The translations under genes and the position numbers were made by a program. A DNA stretch of 64,000 bases from an uncultured Bacilli bacterium (lineage in GTDB: Bacteria > Bacillota_I > Bacilli_A > RF39 > UBA660), in contig CANQQP010000001.1 of the NCBI GenBank assembly GCA_947626055.1, forward strand, positions 10,672 to 74,671, in the 5' to 3' direction. Below, one piece after another: positions 48,406 to 59,236 of this stretch; the stretch's first letter is position 1; every line of letters starts with the position of its first letter. The notes under the pieces were generated by a model. The model worked only from the letters and a program-made list of their open reading frames with translations. It searched no databases and was not told the DNA's origin.

Positions 48406-48422
48406 AGTTTTATCCTTTTTTT
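48400..48422 (+). terminator. Intrinsic terminator after tig
   Basis: Stem ggataa/ttatcc with a 4-nt loop, then T7. It overlaps the stop codon. Confidence 0.55.
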
Positions 48423-48483
48423 ATGATAATTTCTTGTCTATTTTAAAAACCCATGGTAATATATATAACATAAGGAGGATGTC

Positions 48484-49047
48484 ATGAGTACAGGAATAAT
48501 AATTTTAATTGTCGTTATAGCCATTGTTGTAATCTTAGCTTTATATGTAGTATCAGTTCATAATAAACTAGTGGAATTAAGAAATAGAGTTAAAGACCAA
48601 TGGGCGCAAATTGATGTACAATTAAAAAGAAGATTTGATTTAATCCCTAATTTAGTGGAAACGGTCAAAGGATATGCTAAGCATGAAAGTGAAACTTTAG
48701 AAAATGTTATTAAAGCTCGTAATACCTATTTATCAGCAACAACTAGTGAAGATCAAATAAAAGCTAATAATGCACTTACAGGAGCAATTAGTAAATTATT
48801 TGCTTTATCTGAAAGTTATCCAGATTTAAAAGCGAATACTAATTTTGTGCAAATGCAAGCTGATTTAAAAGAAGTTGAAGATAAGATTGCCTCAGCTAGA
48901 CAATTTTATAATGATACAGTATTACAATATAATAATAAGATTCAAATGTTTCCATCTAACATCATTGCAGGAATGTTTGGATTTAAAAGTGAAGCATTCT
49001 TTGAAGCTGCTGAAGCTGAAAGAGAAAACGTTCAAGTTAAATTCTAA
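48484..49047 (+). CDS. lemA: LemA family protein
   Basis: N-terminal TM helix and the conserved LemA pattern ([22 protein letters not shown]). Confidence 0.8.
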   Translation: MSTGIIILIVVIAIVVILALYVVSVHNKLVELRNRVKDQWAQIDVQLKRRFDLIPNLVETVKGYAKHESETLENVIKARNTYLSATTSEDQIKANNALTGAISKLFALSESYPDLKANTNFVQMQADLKEVEDKIASARQFYNDTVLQYNNKIQMFPSNIIAGMFGFKSEAFFEAAEAERENVQVKF

Positions 49048-49074
49048 GAAAACAAAAATTTGTTTTCTTTTTTC
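49047..49074 (+). terminator. Intrinsic terminator after lemA
   Basis: Stem of about 9 bp, agaaaacaa/ttgttttct, then T6. Confidence 0.55.
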
Positions 49075-49128
49075 TATCTTTAAAGAAAATCTCATGATAT
49101 AATATTTACAATGAAGCGGGGTGATGAT

Positions 49129-52038
49129 ATGTATATACCTCTTGGTGTAAAAACTGACCATAGTTTACTAAAAAGTATGATTAAAATTGATAACTTAATC
49201 ACGTTTTTAAAACAAAATAATTTGCCTGCTTGTGGAATTTGTGATGACAATATGTTTGGGGTTATTGAATTTTATCATAAATGTAAACTTAATAATATCA
49301 AGCCTCTTATTGGTTTAAATATTACAATTGAAAATCATCCCGTTTATCTTTATGCTCAAAATTATTTAGGATATCAAAATTTATTAAAATTAAATACATT
49401 AAAGCAACAGCAAGATTTAGCAATCATAGATTTAGAAAAGTATAGTCGTAATATCATCTGTATTATTTCCTACCTAGATAAACAAATTTATTCTAATTTA
49501 GCTAAGGTGTATAAGAAAGTGTATTTGGGTTATGCAAGTGAATATGAAAAAAATAATGCTTTAATTATCACTAAAGATATTGTTTTTTTAAATATTATTA
49601 AGGCTTTAAAAAATACGGATACTAATTACTTAAAATATTTAGATATGATTAGTAAAAATACTACTATTCATACCGAAGAGGTAACAGATTATTCCAAAAA
49701 TTATTACTTAAGTGCGTATAACGAAGAAGATGAACAAAGCATTTTAGATATAGTGGATTTAATTAATGTCGAAATTCCTTATAATGGTAAATATATTCCC
49801 AAATATAAAAACTTAAATGATTCATATAAATATTTAGATACGTTAACTCATAAAGGTTTATTAAAAAGGCTTAACGGCGAGTTTAAAGAGCATTATTTTA
49901 AACGTTTAGAATATGAACTTTCAGTTATTAAACAGATGGGTTTTGTCGATTATTTTTTAATTGTTTACGATTACATATTATTTGCTAAAAAAAATGATAT
50001 ATTAGTAGGTCCTGGTCGAGGTAGCGCTGCTGGTTCAATTGTGGCATATTCTTTAGGTATTACTGATATTGATCCTTTAAAATACGATTTATTATTCGAA
50101 CGATTTTTAAATAAAGATCGTATAACGATGCCAGATATTGATATTGATTTTGAAGATATTAAAAGAGGGCAAATAATTAGTTATTTAAAAGATAAATATG
50201 GTTCTAATAATGTAGCTAATATTATGACATATTCGTCTTTAACTTCCAAACAAGTTTTAAGAGATGTAGGGAAAATTTTAGAAATAGATGAAGTTAAATT
50301 AAATAATATTTTAAAACTCATTGAGGCCAAAAATACACTAATGGAAAATTATAAATCTAATCCATTATTACAAAACACTTTAAAAAAAGATAAGATATAC
50401 CAAAATTTATATAAAATTGCCTTAAAATTAGAAGGTTTAAAAAGACAGATAAGTACGCACGCGGCGGGGGTTGTAATATCAAGTGTTACTCTGGATCATT
50501 TAATTCCCATTGTTATCAGTAATGAAAATATTTTAACAGGCTGTACTATGGAGTATTTAGAAGATTTAGGCCTAATTAAAATGGATATTTTATCTATTCG
50601 TAATTTGCGAACTATTCATGATGTTTTAGACCTAATTGCGCAAAATACTGGTCAGAAAATTAAATTAAATGATATTCCTTTAGATGATGAAAAAACTTTA
50701 GAAATGTTTAAAACAGGAAATACAATAGGGGTATTTCAATTTGAAAGTGAAGGAATGAAAAGTTTTTTACAAAAATTAAAACCTTCATCTTTTGAGGAAA
50801 TCATTGCTGCTATTGCGTTATTTCGCCCCGGACCAATGGATAATATAGATGAATTTATAAAACGTAAAGAAGGCAAAAAAGCCATTGATTATATTCACGA
50901 AGATTTAAAAGAAATATTAAAGAGTACTTATGGAATAATTATTTATCAAGAGCAGATTATGCAAATATTAGTAAAAATGGGTGGTTATACATTTTCGGAA
51001 GCCGATAATATTCGCCGCGCTATGAGCAAGAAAAAAGTGGAAATAATGCAAAAAGAAAAAGAACACTTTATCAAAGAAGCCTCTAAAAGAGGTTATCAAA
51101 ATTGTGCTTCACAAGTTTATGATTTAATCTTAAAATTTGCTAACTATGGTTTTAATAAATCCCATTCTGTAGCTTATGCTTTAGTAGGGTATCAAATGGC
51201 TTACTTAAAAGCGCATTATAGTTCCATCTTTTATGCTAATTTACTTAATATGAGTATCGCTAGTGAAATGAAAACTAACGAATATTTACAAGTAATAAAA
51301 AGGGCGGGGATGAAAATCTATGGGCCAAATATTAATGAAAGTGAAGAAATTTATAAAGTTAAAGGTAATAATCTCCTTTTACCCTTAGGAGTGATAAAAA
51401 ATGTTGGCACTGCGGCTGTTAGTGAAATCTTGGTTGAAAGAACAAAAGGAATTTATACCGACTTTTTTGATTTTGTAAAGCGTTGTTATGGCCAAAGTGT
51501 AACGACAAAAGTGTTGGAATCTCTAGTATATGCCGGCGCATTTAAAGATTTTAATATCAATAAAAAAACGCTTATTAATAATATCGAAAGTGCTATTACT
51601 TATGCCGAGTTAACAGCCGAAATAGACTCTCCTTTAGTTTTAAAACCTTCAATGGAGGAATATCCGGAGTTTTCGGAAAAAGAGTTAATTGATAAAGAAA
51701 AAGAAATATTAGGTTTTTATATAACTAATCATCCTGCCAGTCGCTATCATGATAAGAATATTATTAAGTTAGAAAATATTTCTACTTATTTTGATAAATT
51801 TATTAAGTGCGTTGTTTTAGTGACGCGTATTTATAATGTTACAACTAAGAAGGGAGAACGGATGTATTTTGTAACTGGTGAAGATGAAACAGCCAGTGCC
51901 GATTTTATAATTTTTCCCAAGCAAAATAGTTTAATGACTAAGTTTAAAAAAGATAACTTAATTTTAGTAACTGGTAAAGTTGAAAAAAGACTGGATAAAT
52001 ATCAAATTGTTGTGTCTAATATTGAAAAAATAAATTAA
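49129..52038 (+). CDS. dnaE: DNA polymerase III alpha subunit, DnaE type
   Basis: PHP domain at the N-terminus, polymerase core (PDIDIDF, GLIKMDILS.RNL) and a C-terminal OB fold. RBS GGGGTGATGAT before the ATG at 49129. Confidence 0.85.
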   Translation: MYIPLGVKTDHSLLKSMIKIDNLITFLKQNNLPACGICDDNMFGVIEFYHKCKLNNIKPLIGLNITIENHPVYLYAQNYLGYQNLLKLNTLKQQQDLAIIDLEKYSRNIICIISYLDKQIYSNLAKVYKKVYLGYASEYEKNNALIITKDIVFLNIIKALKNTDTNYLKYLDMISKNTTIHTEEVTDYSKNYYLSAYNEEDEQSILDIVDLINVEIPYNGKYIPKYKNLNDSYKYLDTLTHKGLLKRLNGEFKEHYFKRLEYELSVIKQMGFVDYFLIVYDYILFAKKNDILVGPGRGSAAGSIVAYSLGITDIDPLKYDLLFERFLNKDRITMPDIDIDFEDIKRGQIISYLKDKYGSNNVANIMTYSSLTSKQVLRDVGKILEIDEVKLNNILKLIEAKNTLMENYKSNPLLQNTLKKDKIYQNLYKIALKLEGLKRQISTHAAGVVISSVTLDHLIPIVISNENILTGCTMEYLEDLGLIKMDILSIRNLRTIHDVLDLIAQNTGQKIKLNDIPLDDEKTLEMFKTGNTIGVFQFESEGMKSFLQKLKPSSFEEIIAAIALFRPGPMDNIDEFIKRKEGKKAIDYIHEDLKEILKSTYGIIIYQEQIMQILVKMGGYTFSEADNIRRAMSKKKVEIMQKEKEHFIKEASKRGYQNCASQVYDLILKFANYGFNKSHSVAYALVGYQMAYLKAHYSSIFYANLLNMSIASEMKTNEYLQVIKRAGMKIYGPNINESEEIYKVKGNNLLLPLGVIKNVGTAAVSEILVERTKGIYTDFFDFVKRCYGQSVTTKVLESLVYAGAFKDFNINKKTLINNIESAITYAELTAEIDSPLVLKPSMEEYPEFSEKELIDKEKEILGFYITNHPASRYHDKNIIKLENISTYFDKFIKCVVLVTRIYNVTTKKGERMYFVTGEDETASADFIIFPKQNSLMTKFKKDNLILVTGKVEKRLDKYQIVVSNIEKIN

Positions 52039-52080
52039 GAATTGTAAAATAAGAAATGGAAAAAATAGTGAGGTAGTAGT

Positions 52081-55000
52081 ATGACTGAATTAAAAAGATT
52101 TTTTGACAGTATTAAATTTGTTCCTCAAAATGATGTATTTAATGCTGCTACTATTAATAAAGTAGTAATAAATAAAAAAACAGAAACTTTTTTAGTTTAT
52201 ATTGAAAGTAAAAATGTTTTACCCAAAGAAGACGTTGATGCTTTAATCAAAGCTACAGATAATAAAATAAATGGTTTAAAAGAAGTAAACGTAAATTTTA
52301 TTTATCATAATATTACAGATGATGATATTTTTACTTATTTTAATGATTATCTTAGTAATTTAATTAAAAAACGTCCTTCTTTAATTTCTTTGGCGGATGC
52401 GCAAATTAAAGTGGAAAATCAAGTAATTACGGTGGAAGTGGCCAATAAAATTGAAGAATTAGAAGTAATAAAAGAAACAGAAAATATTATTAGCTCTCTA
52501 TCTAAATATGGTTTTTCCAACTTGACTATAAAAACTTTTTTAAATAAAAAATTAGAAGAAGATATAAAAAAAAGTATGGAAAATAGCGCTCCTGCCCCAA
52601 TTGCCATTCCCGAAGAGAAAACTAATATTATAATCGGCAAACACATTGATGGAGAAGTAGAAAATATTGATAACATTTTAGGTGATACTAAAAATATTAT
52701 TGTAGAAGCTTATGTTTTTGGCATCGATTCAATGGAAAGAGAGAATATTAATATTGCTACTTTAAAAATTAGTGATAAAACTAATAGTATTATCGCAAAA
52801 ATCTTTAAAAGAGATATTGACGAATATCACGACATTTTAAAAAAGATTAAAGTTGGTTCTTGGTATCGTTTTCATGGCAATGCGGAATTTGATAATTTTT
52901 CTAAAGATATAGTTATTGCTATTCGGAATATGGAAGCTATTAATTCTAAAGACCAAAAGGCAGTAGATGATGCCTCAGAAAAAAGAGTTGAACTTCATGC
53001 TCATACTTTTATGAGTATGATGGATAGTGTTGTTCCTCAAAAAGGTTTAATTAATTATGCACTATCTTTAGGACATAAAGCGGTCGCAGTCACTGACCAT
53101 AATTGCTTGCAAGCCTATCCCGATTTGTATCACGCTGTTTGTGATTATAATAAAGGCAAAGATGAAAAAGATCATTTTAAAGTATTATATGGCGCCGAAT
53201 TAAGTGTTGTTAATGATGATGTTGATGTAATCTTCAATCAAAAAGAATATGATTTAATGAATCAAACTTATGTGGTATTTGATACCGAAACTACCGGATT
53301 TCACCCTGGTAGTGATCAAATGATTGAAATTGGTGCCGTAAAAATTAAAGATGGCGAAATTATCGATCGCTTTGATGAGCTCATTGATCCGGAATATCAT
53401 ATTCCTGATAAGATAACAGCTTTAACTAATATTACTGATGAAATGGTAAAATGCAAGCCAAAAGAAGAAGAAGTCACTAAGCGCTTTTTAGAGTGGACAG
53501 GAGATTTACCAATGGTAGCTCATAATGCCAAATTTGATATATCATTTCTGCAAATGGCCATGCAAAAATATAATTTAGGTGAATTTACAAATACTGTTTT
53601 AGATACTATGAGTTTAGCACGCATTTTAAATCCCGAATGGCCAAATCATAAATTACAAACTTTGGTCAGAAGATATAAAATTGAGTGGAATGAAGATGAA
53701 CATCACCGTGCCGATTACGATAGTGAAGGAACGGCGAAAGCTTTTTATAAAATGGCAAAAATTTTATATGATCGCAATATTGAAACAACGATGGATATTT
53801 ATAATTCTATCGATCAAGATGAACTTATTAAGTTCTCAGTTCCATTTCATATCACGGTTTTGGCGCAAAATAAAGTAGGTTTAAAAAATTTATTTAAGAT
53901 TATATCTATGGCTAATACCAAATATTTATTTAAAAATGGCCAACCAAAAATTCCTCGTAAAGAAATTAGCAAATATAAAGAAGGTCTATTAATAGGTAGT
54001 GGTTGCATAAATGGTGAGATTTTTGAATCGGCTCTTACTAAAGAAGACGATGAACTATCGCACATGATGCAATTTTATGATTATATAGAAGTGCAACCTA
54101 TCTCGCATATGAGCCATTTACTGCAAATGGAATCTAGTGGGTTTAAAACTAAAACAGATTTGGAAAATCATTTGAAAAAAATTATCCGTGTTGCTCAAGA
54201 AGCGGGTAAGCCAGTTTGTGTGACTGGGGACGTCCATAATCTGACTAGTGAAGATAAAATATATCGTGATATTATAGTCGCTCAAAAAACAAATGGTAAA
54301 TTGCATCCTCTTAATCGTGCGGGCATAGATGTTCCGGATATGTCTTTTAAAACAACAAATGAATTAAAAGCAGAGTTTGCTTTTTTAGAAGACGAAGAAA
54401 AAATTCACGAAATAGTTGTAACTAATACCAATAAAATTGCTGATCAAATTGAAGAAATAGAAGTTATAATTGAAACGGGTGGGGTTCCTTTTTCTCCCAA
54501 AATTGAAAATTCTAAAGAAACAGTGGAAAATATGGTTTATGATAAAGCCCGTTCCATCTATGGTAAAGATTTACCTCCTATAATTAGTGACCGAATTGAG
54601 CAAGAATTAAAAGGTATCATTGGGGGCGGATTTGATGTTATCTATTTAATTGCTCAAAAATTAGTAAAGAAAAGTAATGATGATGGATATTTGGTTGGTT
54701 CCCGTGGATCTGTCGGTTCATCATTTGTTGCGACGATGATGGGAATCACTGAAGTAAATCCGCTTCCGGCCCATTATGTATGTCCTAATTGTCAACACAG
54801 CATTTTTGAAATAGACGGTGAGTCTTTAGGGGCGACATATTCAAGTGGTTATGATTTACCGGATCTAAATTGTCCAAAATGTGGTCAGAAAATGAACAAA
54901 GAAGGTCAAGACATGCCTTTTGCTACCTTTTTGGGCTTTAATGCCGATAAGGTTCCTGATATTGATTTGAATTTTTCCGGTGAATATCAGTGGAAAGCGC

Positions 55001-56397
55001 ATGAATACACTAAAGAGTTATTTGGTATAGACAATGTTTATCGAGCTGGAACTATTGGTACAGTCGCTGAAAAAACAGCATTTGGTTTTGTTAAAGGATA
55101 TTGCGAAGCCAAAAATATTGTGATGCGGAATATCGAAGTGGAAAGATTAGCTAAAGGCTGCACGGGAGCCAAAAGAACAACGGGTCAGCATCCAGGTGGA
55201 ATTGTTGTTATACCAGGATATATGGATGTTTATGACTTTACTCCTTTTCAATATCCGGCTGAAGATAATACTTCATTATGGCGTACTACTCATTTTGATT
55301 ATCATGCTATTGATCAAGACGTTTTAAAATTAGACATTCTTGGTCACGATGATCCTACCATGTTAAGAATGCTCCAAGATTTCTCAGGGTTAGATGTAAC
55401 TAAAATTGATTTGGGCGATAAAGATACTATGAAAATTTTTACTTCTCCTCAAGTTTTAGGTGTAACTAAAGATCAGATCAATTGTGATACGGGAACTTTA
55501 GGGGTACCAGAATTTGGAACAAAATTTGTCATTGGGATGTTAGTTGATACTAAACCCAAAACATTTGCCGAATTAATTAAGATTTCTGGTTTATCCCATG
55601 GTACAGATGTTTGGTTAGGTAACGCCCAAGAACTTATTCGAAATAAAATTTGTGAATTTAAAGATGTTATTGGTTGTCGTGATGATATCATGGTTTATCT
55701 TATGTATAATGGGGTAGAGCCAATTAAAGCCTTTAAAATCATGGAATTTGTCCGAAAAGGAAAAGCTTCTAAAGATCCGGAAGGTTGGAAAGAATATGTA
55801 AGTATTATGCAAGAGGCTAATATACCCGAATGGTATATTGAATCTTGTCATAAAATAAAGTATATGTTCCCTAAAGCCCATGCTGCTGCTTACGTTATGA
55901 GTGCCTTTCGTATCGCTTGGTTTAAAGTTCATATGCCAATTTATTACTATGCTGCTTTTCTAAGTATTCGTTGTAATGATTTTGATGTAGATTCGATGCT
56001 TAAAGGTTATGATGCCGTCAAAACTAAAATCATGGAAATTCAAACTAAAGGTTACGAAGCTACAAATAAAGATAAGGCTGTATTAGAAACATTGCAGATT
56101 GCCTTAGAAATGCTTTCAAGGGGATATAGTTTTAAAAATATTGATATTACGAAAAGTGAAGCTAATAATTTCTTAATAGATGAAGATGGTAAATCCTTAA
56201 TATTACCTTTTAAAACAATAGATGGCTTAGGTGAACAAGTTTCTAAAAGTATAATCGAAGAGCGTAATAAAAAAGCTTATTATAGTATTGAAGATTTTCA
56301 AAATAGAGGTAAGGTCAACACTACAACTATGTCAAAATTAAGATTATTAGGTGTTTTAGATAATTTACCAGAAACTTCGCAATTAAGCTTATTTTAA
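52081..56397 (+). CDS. polC: DNA polymerase III PolC-type (PHP, 3'-5' exonuclease and polymerase domains)
   Basis: 1438 aa. DEDDh exonuclease motifs (FDTETTG, HNAKFD, H..ADYD), a zinc finger (CPNC..C), and the polymerase palm. Confidence 0.95.
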   Translation: MTELKRFFDSIKFVPQNDVFNAATINKVVINKKTETFLVYIESKNVLPKEDVDALIKATDNKINGLKEVNVNFIYHNITDDDIFTYFNDYLSNLIKKRPSLISLADAQIKVENQVITVEVANKIEELEVIKETENIISSLSKYGFSNLTIKTFLNKKLEEDIKKSMENSAPAPIAIPEEKTNIIIGKHIDGEVENIDNILGDTKNIIVEAYVFGIDSMERENINIATLKISDKTNSIIAKIFKRDIDEYHDILKKIKVGSWYRFHGNAEFDNFSKDIVIAIRNMEAINSKDQKAVDDASEKRVELHAHTFMSMMDSVVPQKGLINYALSLGHKAVAVTDHNCLQAYPDLYHAVCDYNKGKDEKDHFKVLYGAELSVVNDDVDVIFNQKEYDLMNQTYVVFDTETTGFHPGSDQMIEIGAVKIKDGEIIDRFDELIDPEYHIPDKITALTNITDEMVKCKPKEEEVTKRFLEWTGDLPMVAHNAKFDISFLQMAMQKYNLGEFTNTVLDTMSLARILNPEWPNHKLQTLVRRYKIEWNEDEHHRADYDSEGTAKAFYKMAKILYDRNIETTMDIYNSIDQDELIKFSVPFHITVLAQNKVGLKNLFKIISMANTKYLFKNGQPKIPRKEISKYKEGLLIGSGCINGEIFESALTKEDDELSHMMQFYDYIEVQPISHMSHLLQMESSGFKTKTDLENHLKKIIRVAQEAGKPVCVTGDVHNLTSEDKIYRDIIVAQKTNGKLHPLNRAGIDVPDMSFKTTNELKAEFAFLEDEEKIHEIVVTNTNKIADQIEEIEVIIETGGVPFSPKIENSKETVENMVYDKARSIYGKDLPPIISDRIEQELKGIIGGGFDVIYLIAQKLVKKSNDDGYLVGSRGSVGSSFVATMMGITEVNPLPAHYVCPNCQHSIFEIDGESLGATYSSGYDLPDLNCPKCGQKMNKEGQDMPFATFLGFNADKVPDIDLNFSGEYQWKAHEYTKELFGIDNVYRAGTIGTVAEKTAFGFVKGYCEAKNIVMRNIEVERLAKGCTGAKRTTGQHPGGIVVIPGYMDVYDFTPFQYPAEDNTSLWRTTHFDYHAIDQDVLKLDILGHDDPTMLRMLQDFSGLDVTKIDLGDKDTMKIFTSPQVLGVTKDQINCDTGTLGVPEFGTKFVIGMLVDTKPKTFAELIKISGLSHGTDVWLGNAQELIRNKICEFKDVIGCRDDIMVYLMYNGVEPIKAFKIMEFVRKGKASKDPEGWKEYVSIMQEANIPEWYIESCHKIKYMFPKAHAAAYVMSAFRIAWFKVHMPIYYYAAFLSIRCNDFDVDSMLKGYDAVKTKIMEIQTKGYEATNKDKAVLETLQIALEMLSRGYSFKNIDITKSEANNFLIDEDGKSLILPFKTIDGLGEQVSKSIIEERNKKAYYSIEDFQNRGKVNTTTMSKLRLLGVLDNLPETSQLSLF

Positions 56398-56411
56398 TGA
56401 GGGGGATGTCT

Positions 56412-57236
56412 ATGAGAATTAAAGTTAATTATATAAATCTTACTCAAAACAAGAAAAAGGATAATTTATGTATAATTACTGATATTCATCATATTAAAAG
56501 TTGCAAAGATAATTATTATAAACAAATAATCAATGAAGTTAAAAGTCTTCATCCACAATTTATTTTAATTCCCGGGGATATTGTCGATTCTCCTAAAATT
56601 GCCTATCAAGAACAAATTAGTTATTTATTAAAATTTTTTTCTGAGCTATCTTGTATAGCTCCCGTAATAATATCTAAAGGAAATCATGAACTTAAAACAC
56701 CGCAATTTCCGATTACAAAATTATATTTGTCCTTAAAAAAGATTCCTAATATATCCGTTTTAGATAATCAAAGTATAGTATTAGGAAAATATCAATTTAT
56801 TGGTTTCTGTCCCACTGTTCAAAATTATTTACCAAAATATAAAAAAATGTGGAATCAGAATTTTATTAAAGAATTTAATGCTTGTAATTTTACCATTGCC
56901 CCAAATAAAATAATAATTTTGTTGTGCCACAGTCCAGAAATAATTATCGAAAATGATGTACAAAAGCAAATTCCGATATTTAATAAAATAAATTACATAA
57001 TCTGTGGCCACATGCATAATGGTTTAACACCAACTTTTTTAGAAACAAGATTGGCTTCCCGGGGCATATTTGGTCCAAGGTATACCTTATTTCCCAAGTA
57101 TTGTCGGGGAGTACATGACGTCGGCTCTGGCCAATTAGTAATTTGTAAATCATTAAGAGTTCTTACTAAAGACAATATTATTTTCAGGTCTTTAGATAAA
57201 TTCTATGAGCGCAATATCACTATAATTCAGATATAA
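56412..57236 (+). CDS. Calcineurin-like metallophosphoesterase
   Basis: Motifs DIHH, GDIVD, GNHE and GHMH of the metallophosphoesterase fold. RBS GAGGGGG before the ATG at 56412. Confidence 0.7.
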   Translation: MRIKVNYINLTQNKKKDNLCIITDIHHIKSCKDNYYKQIINEVKSLHPQFILIPGDIVDSPKIAYQEQISYLLKFFSELSCIAPVIISKGNHELKTPQFPITKLYLSLKKIPNISVLDNQSIVLGKYQFIGFCPTVQNYLPKYKKMWNQNFIKEFNACNFTIAPNKIIILLCHSPEIIIENDVQKQIPIFNKINYIICGHMHNGLTPTFLETRLASRGIFGPRYTLFPKYCRGVHDVGSGQLVICKSLRVLTKDNIIFRSLDKFYERNITIIQI

Positions 57237-57248
57237 CGCTCTTTTTAT

Positions 57249-57277
57249 TTGACGACCGGTGAAACTTGCGTTATAAT
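57249..57277 (+). promoter_or_regulatory. Sigma-A promoter (TTGACG-17-TATAAT) for the downstream unknown gene pair
   Basis: TTGACG at 57249-57254 and TATAAT at 57272-57277. Confidence 0.5.
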
Positions 57278-57306
57278 AATCTACTATTTTGTAAGGAGGA
57301 GTATTT

Positions 57307-57909
57307 ATGCAATATATGTTAGTAATGGAGCGCAGACCAAAAGACTATATGCCTTTTGATTACGATAAATTATCTCAATACGAAAATGAGAATTTAAACT
57401 CATTAGAAGGAATAGATCATTTTACTAGTAAATTTAATGATGAAGAAGATTTAAAAGAAAAATTATTACAAGCTAATTTTATAGAAGAAAATGAGTTTAA
57501 TAGTAAAATGAAAATTGTTTTTAAAGAAAATAACGGAATAAGAGAAAATAAATATGGAATTTGTTATAAAAATGAACAAGAATTTTTAAATTACCAATTT
57601 GTTATAGCCTTTTTAGAGTATTGTTCAACTAATCCGCAAGCAGCCAATCGAATTTATAATGAGTTTAACCATCAAAAAGACTTATCACCATATTTTAGAT
57701 CAGTATTAGAAGTGATGAAAAATGTCAGAAGTGCCGCAAATCCGAAAAACATCTATTATGCTAAATACTTACCTTATCATGAATTAAGAGCCCTTACCTT
57801 ATTTATTATTAATAATTTTAGTGATATAATAAATTATGAGGATAATATAAAAGCGGGTGAAGAGCATGAAAGAAAACGTATCCCTATTCAGTACAACTTT
57901 AAAAAATAA
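57307..57909 (+). CDS. Hypothetical protein
   Basis: 200-aa ORF with RBS AAGGAGG. No recognised motif. Confidence 0.45.
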   Translation: MQYMLVMERRPKDYMPFDYDKLSQYENENLNSLEGIDHFTSKFNDEEDLKEKLLQANFIEENEFNSKMKIVFKENNGIRENKYGICYKNEQEFLNYQFVIAFLEYCSTNPQAANRIYNEFNHQKDLSPYFRSVLEVMKNVRSAANPKNIYYAKYLPYHELRALTLFIINNFSDIINYEDNIKAGEEHERKRIPIQYNFKK

Positions 57910-58285
57910 ATATATTAGCATAATTCAAATTTGTTATGAGCAAAGAGGAAAAAATATTGACTATAATTGGCTAGTTAACCAAAGTGACGCGACTATCTAT
58001 GCAATGTATAAAAGAGAAACTGCGCCAAAAAAAGTCGTTCCTTTAAATCAAATGTCATTTGAAGATATTCAAGACGAAATGGAATTATGGGAAATAATGC
58101 AAGAGTATTTTAACAAAGAACTTGATCTAACGATGTATGATTATTACAATTCTCATAATTTATATAATGAATACCACCAAGTAGATTATAATGGCGCCTA
58201 TGATATTAATGGACATTATTTATCAGATAGGCAAAGAATGGAAAATCAAGAGACCATGCGCTTGCTATATAGGGATAAAAGATGA
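57866..58285 (+). CDS. Hypothetical protein (translationally overlapping the upstream ORF)
   Basis: The ATG at 57866 is preceded by GGGTGAAG. It overlaps the upstream gene by 44 nt and the xerD-like gene by 4 nt. Confidence 0.45.
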   Translation: MKENVSLFSTTLKNKYISIIQICYEQRGKNIDYNWLVNQSDATIYAMYKRETAPKKVVPLNQMSFEDIQDEMELWEIMQEYFNKELDLTMYDYYNSHNLYNEYHQVDYNGAYDINGHYLSDRQRMENQETMRLLYRDKR

Positions 58286-59181
58286 ATAAAAATATTAATG
58301 ATTTTTTAAATTATCTTGCTCTAGAGCGTAACTATCAAGAAAATACTACTATCAAAAATTATGAACTCGATTTATTACAGTTTGCAGAGTTTATTCAAAA
58401 TAATAATCTTAATTATTTAAAATTACAAAAAGATGATATTCGTAGCTATTTAAAATATTTAGATACTTTACACTATAAAAATGCTTCCGTGTCTCGCCAT
58501 CTAAGTGCTTTAAGATCTTTTTATGCTTATTTAGTAAATCAAAATATTATTCCTGATAATATATTCAAAACAATCTCTTCACCTAAAAAAGAAAAAAAAT
58601 TACCTAATTTTTTACAATATAGTGAAATTGAAAAAATGTTAGATGTCTGCCAAAAAGATGATGCATTAAGCATTAGAAATCTCCTAATTATTGAAACTTT
58701 ATATGATACGGGTTTGCGTGTGAGTGAACTAGTTAATATAAAACTAGCAGATATAGATAAAAAACGTAAAGAGATCCGAGTTGTTGGTAAAGGAAATAAA
58801 CAAAGAGTAGTTTATTTTGGCGATTATGAAATTGAAAGTTTAGAAAAATATTTGACGTTAAGTAGACCGATTTTATTAAAGGATAAACATAATGATTATT
58901 TATTTTTAAATCATTTAGGAAATAAACTAACTGATCGTGGCGTAAGATTAATAATAGATAATATCATAACAGCCGCGGCCATCAAACATAAAATTTCGCC
59001 TCATACTTTAAGGCATACGTTTGCCACCCATCTTTTAAATGAAGGGGCAGATTTAAAAAGTGTTCAAGAACTTTTAGGACATGCCAGTTTAAGTACAACA
59101 CAGATTTATACTCATGTTTCTAATGAACGTTTAAGAAGTGTCTATTTAAATGCCCATCCGCGTAGTAAAGAAGAAAAATAA
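58282..59181 (+). CDS. Tyrosine site-specific recombinase XerC/XerD family
   Basis: 299 aa. Catalytic residues in the R..HTLRH...T.LL..G.DL..VQ.LLGH.S..TTQIYTH context (R, H-x-x-R, Y). Confidence 0.8.
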   Translation: MNKNINDFLNYLALERNYQENTTIKNYELDLLQFAEFIQNNNLNYLKLQKDDIRSYLKYLDTLHYKNASVSRHLSALRSFYAYLVNQNIIPDNIFKTISSPKKEKKLPNFLQYSEIEKMLDVCQKDDALSIRNLLIIETLYDTGLRVSELVNIKLADIDKKRKEIRVVGKGNKQRVVYFGDYEIESLEKYLTLSRPILLKDKHNDYLFLNHLGNKLTDRGVRLIIDNIITAAAIKHKISPHTLRHTFATHLLNEGADLKSVQELLGHASLSTTQIYTHVSNERLRSVYLNAHPRSKEEK

Positions 59182-59236
59182 TTGACCTCTAAGATGATAA
59201 TTGTTATGATTATATAAAATAAAAGGGAGATATAAA

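Noticed and set aside
58282-59181. Tyrosine recombinase as the integrase of a mobile element
   Set aside because: The length (299 aa) and motif set fit chromosomal XerC/XerD. No flanking direct repeats, tRNA target or phage/ICE genes are visible in the window.
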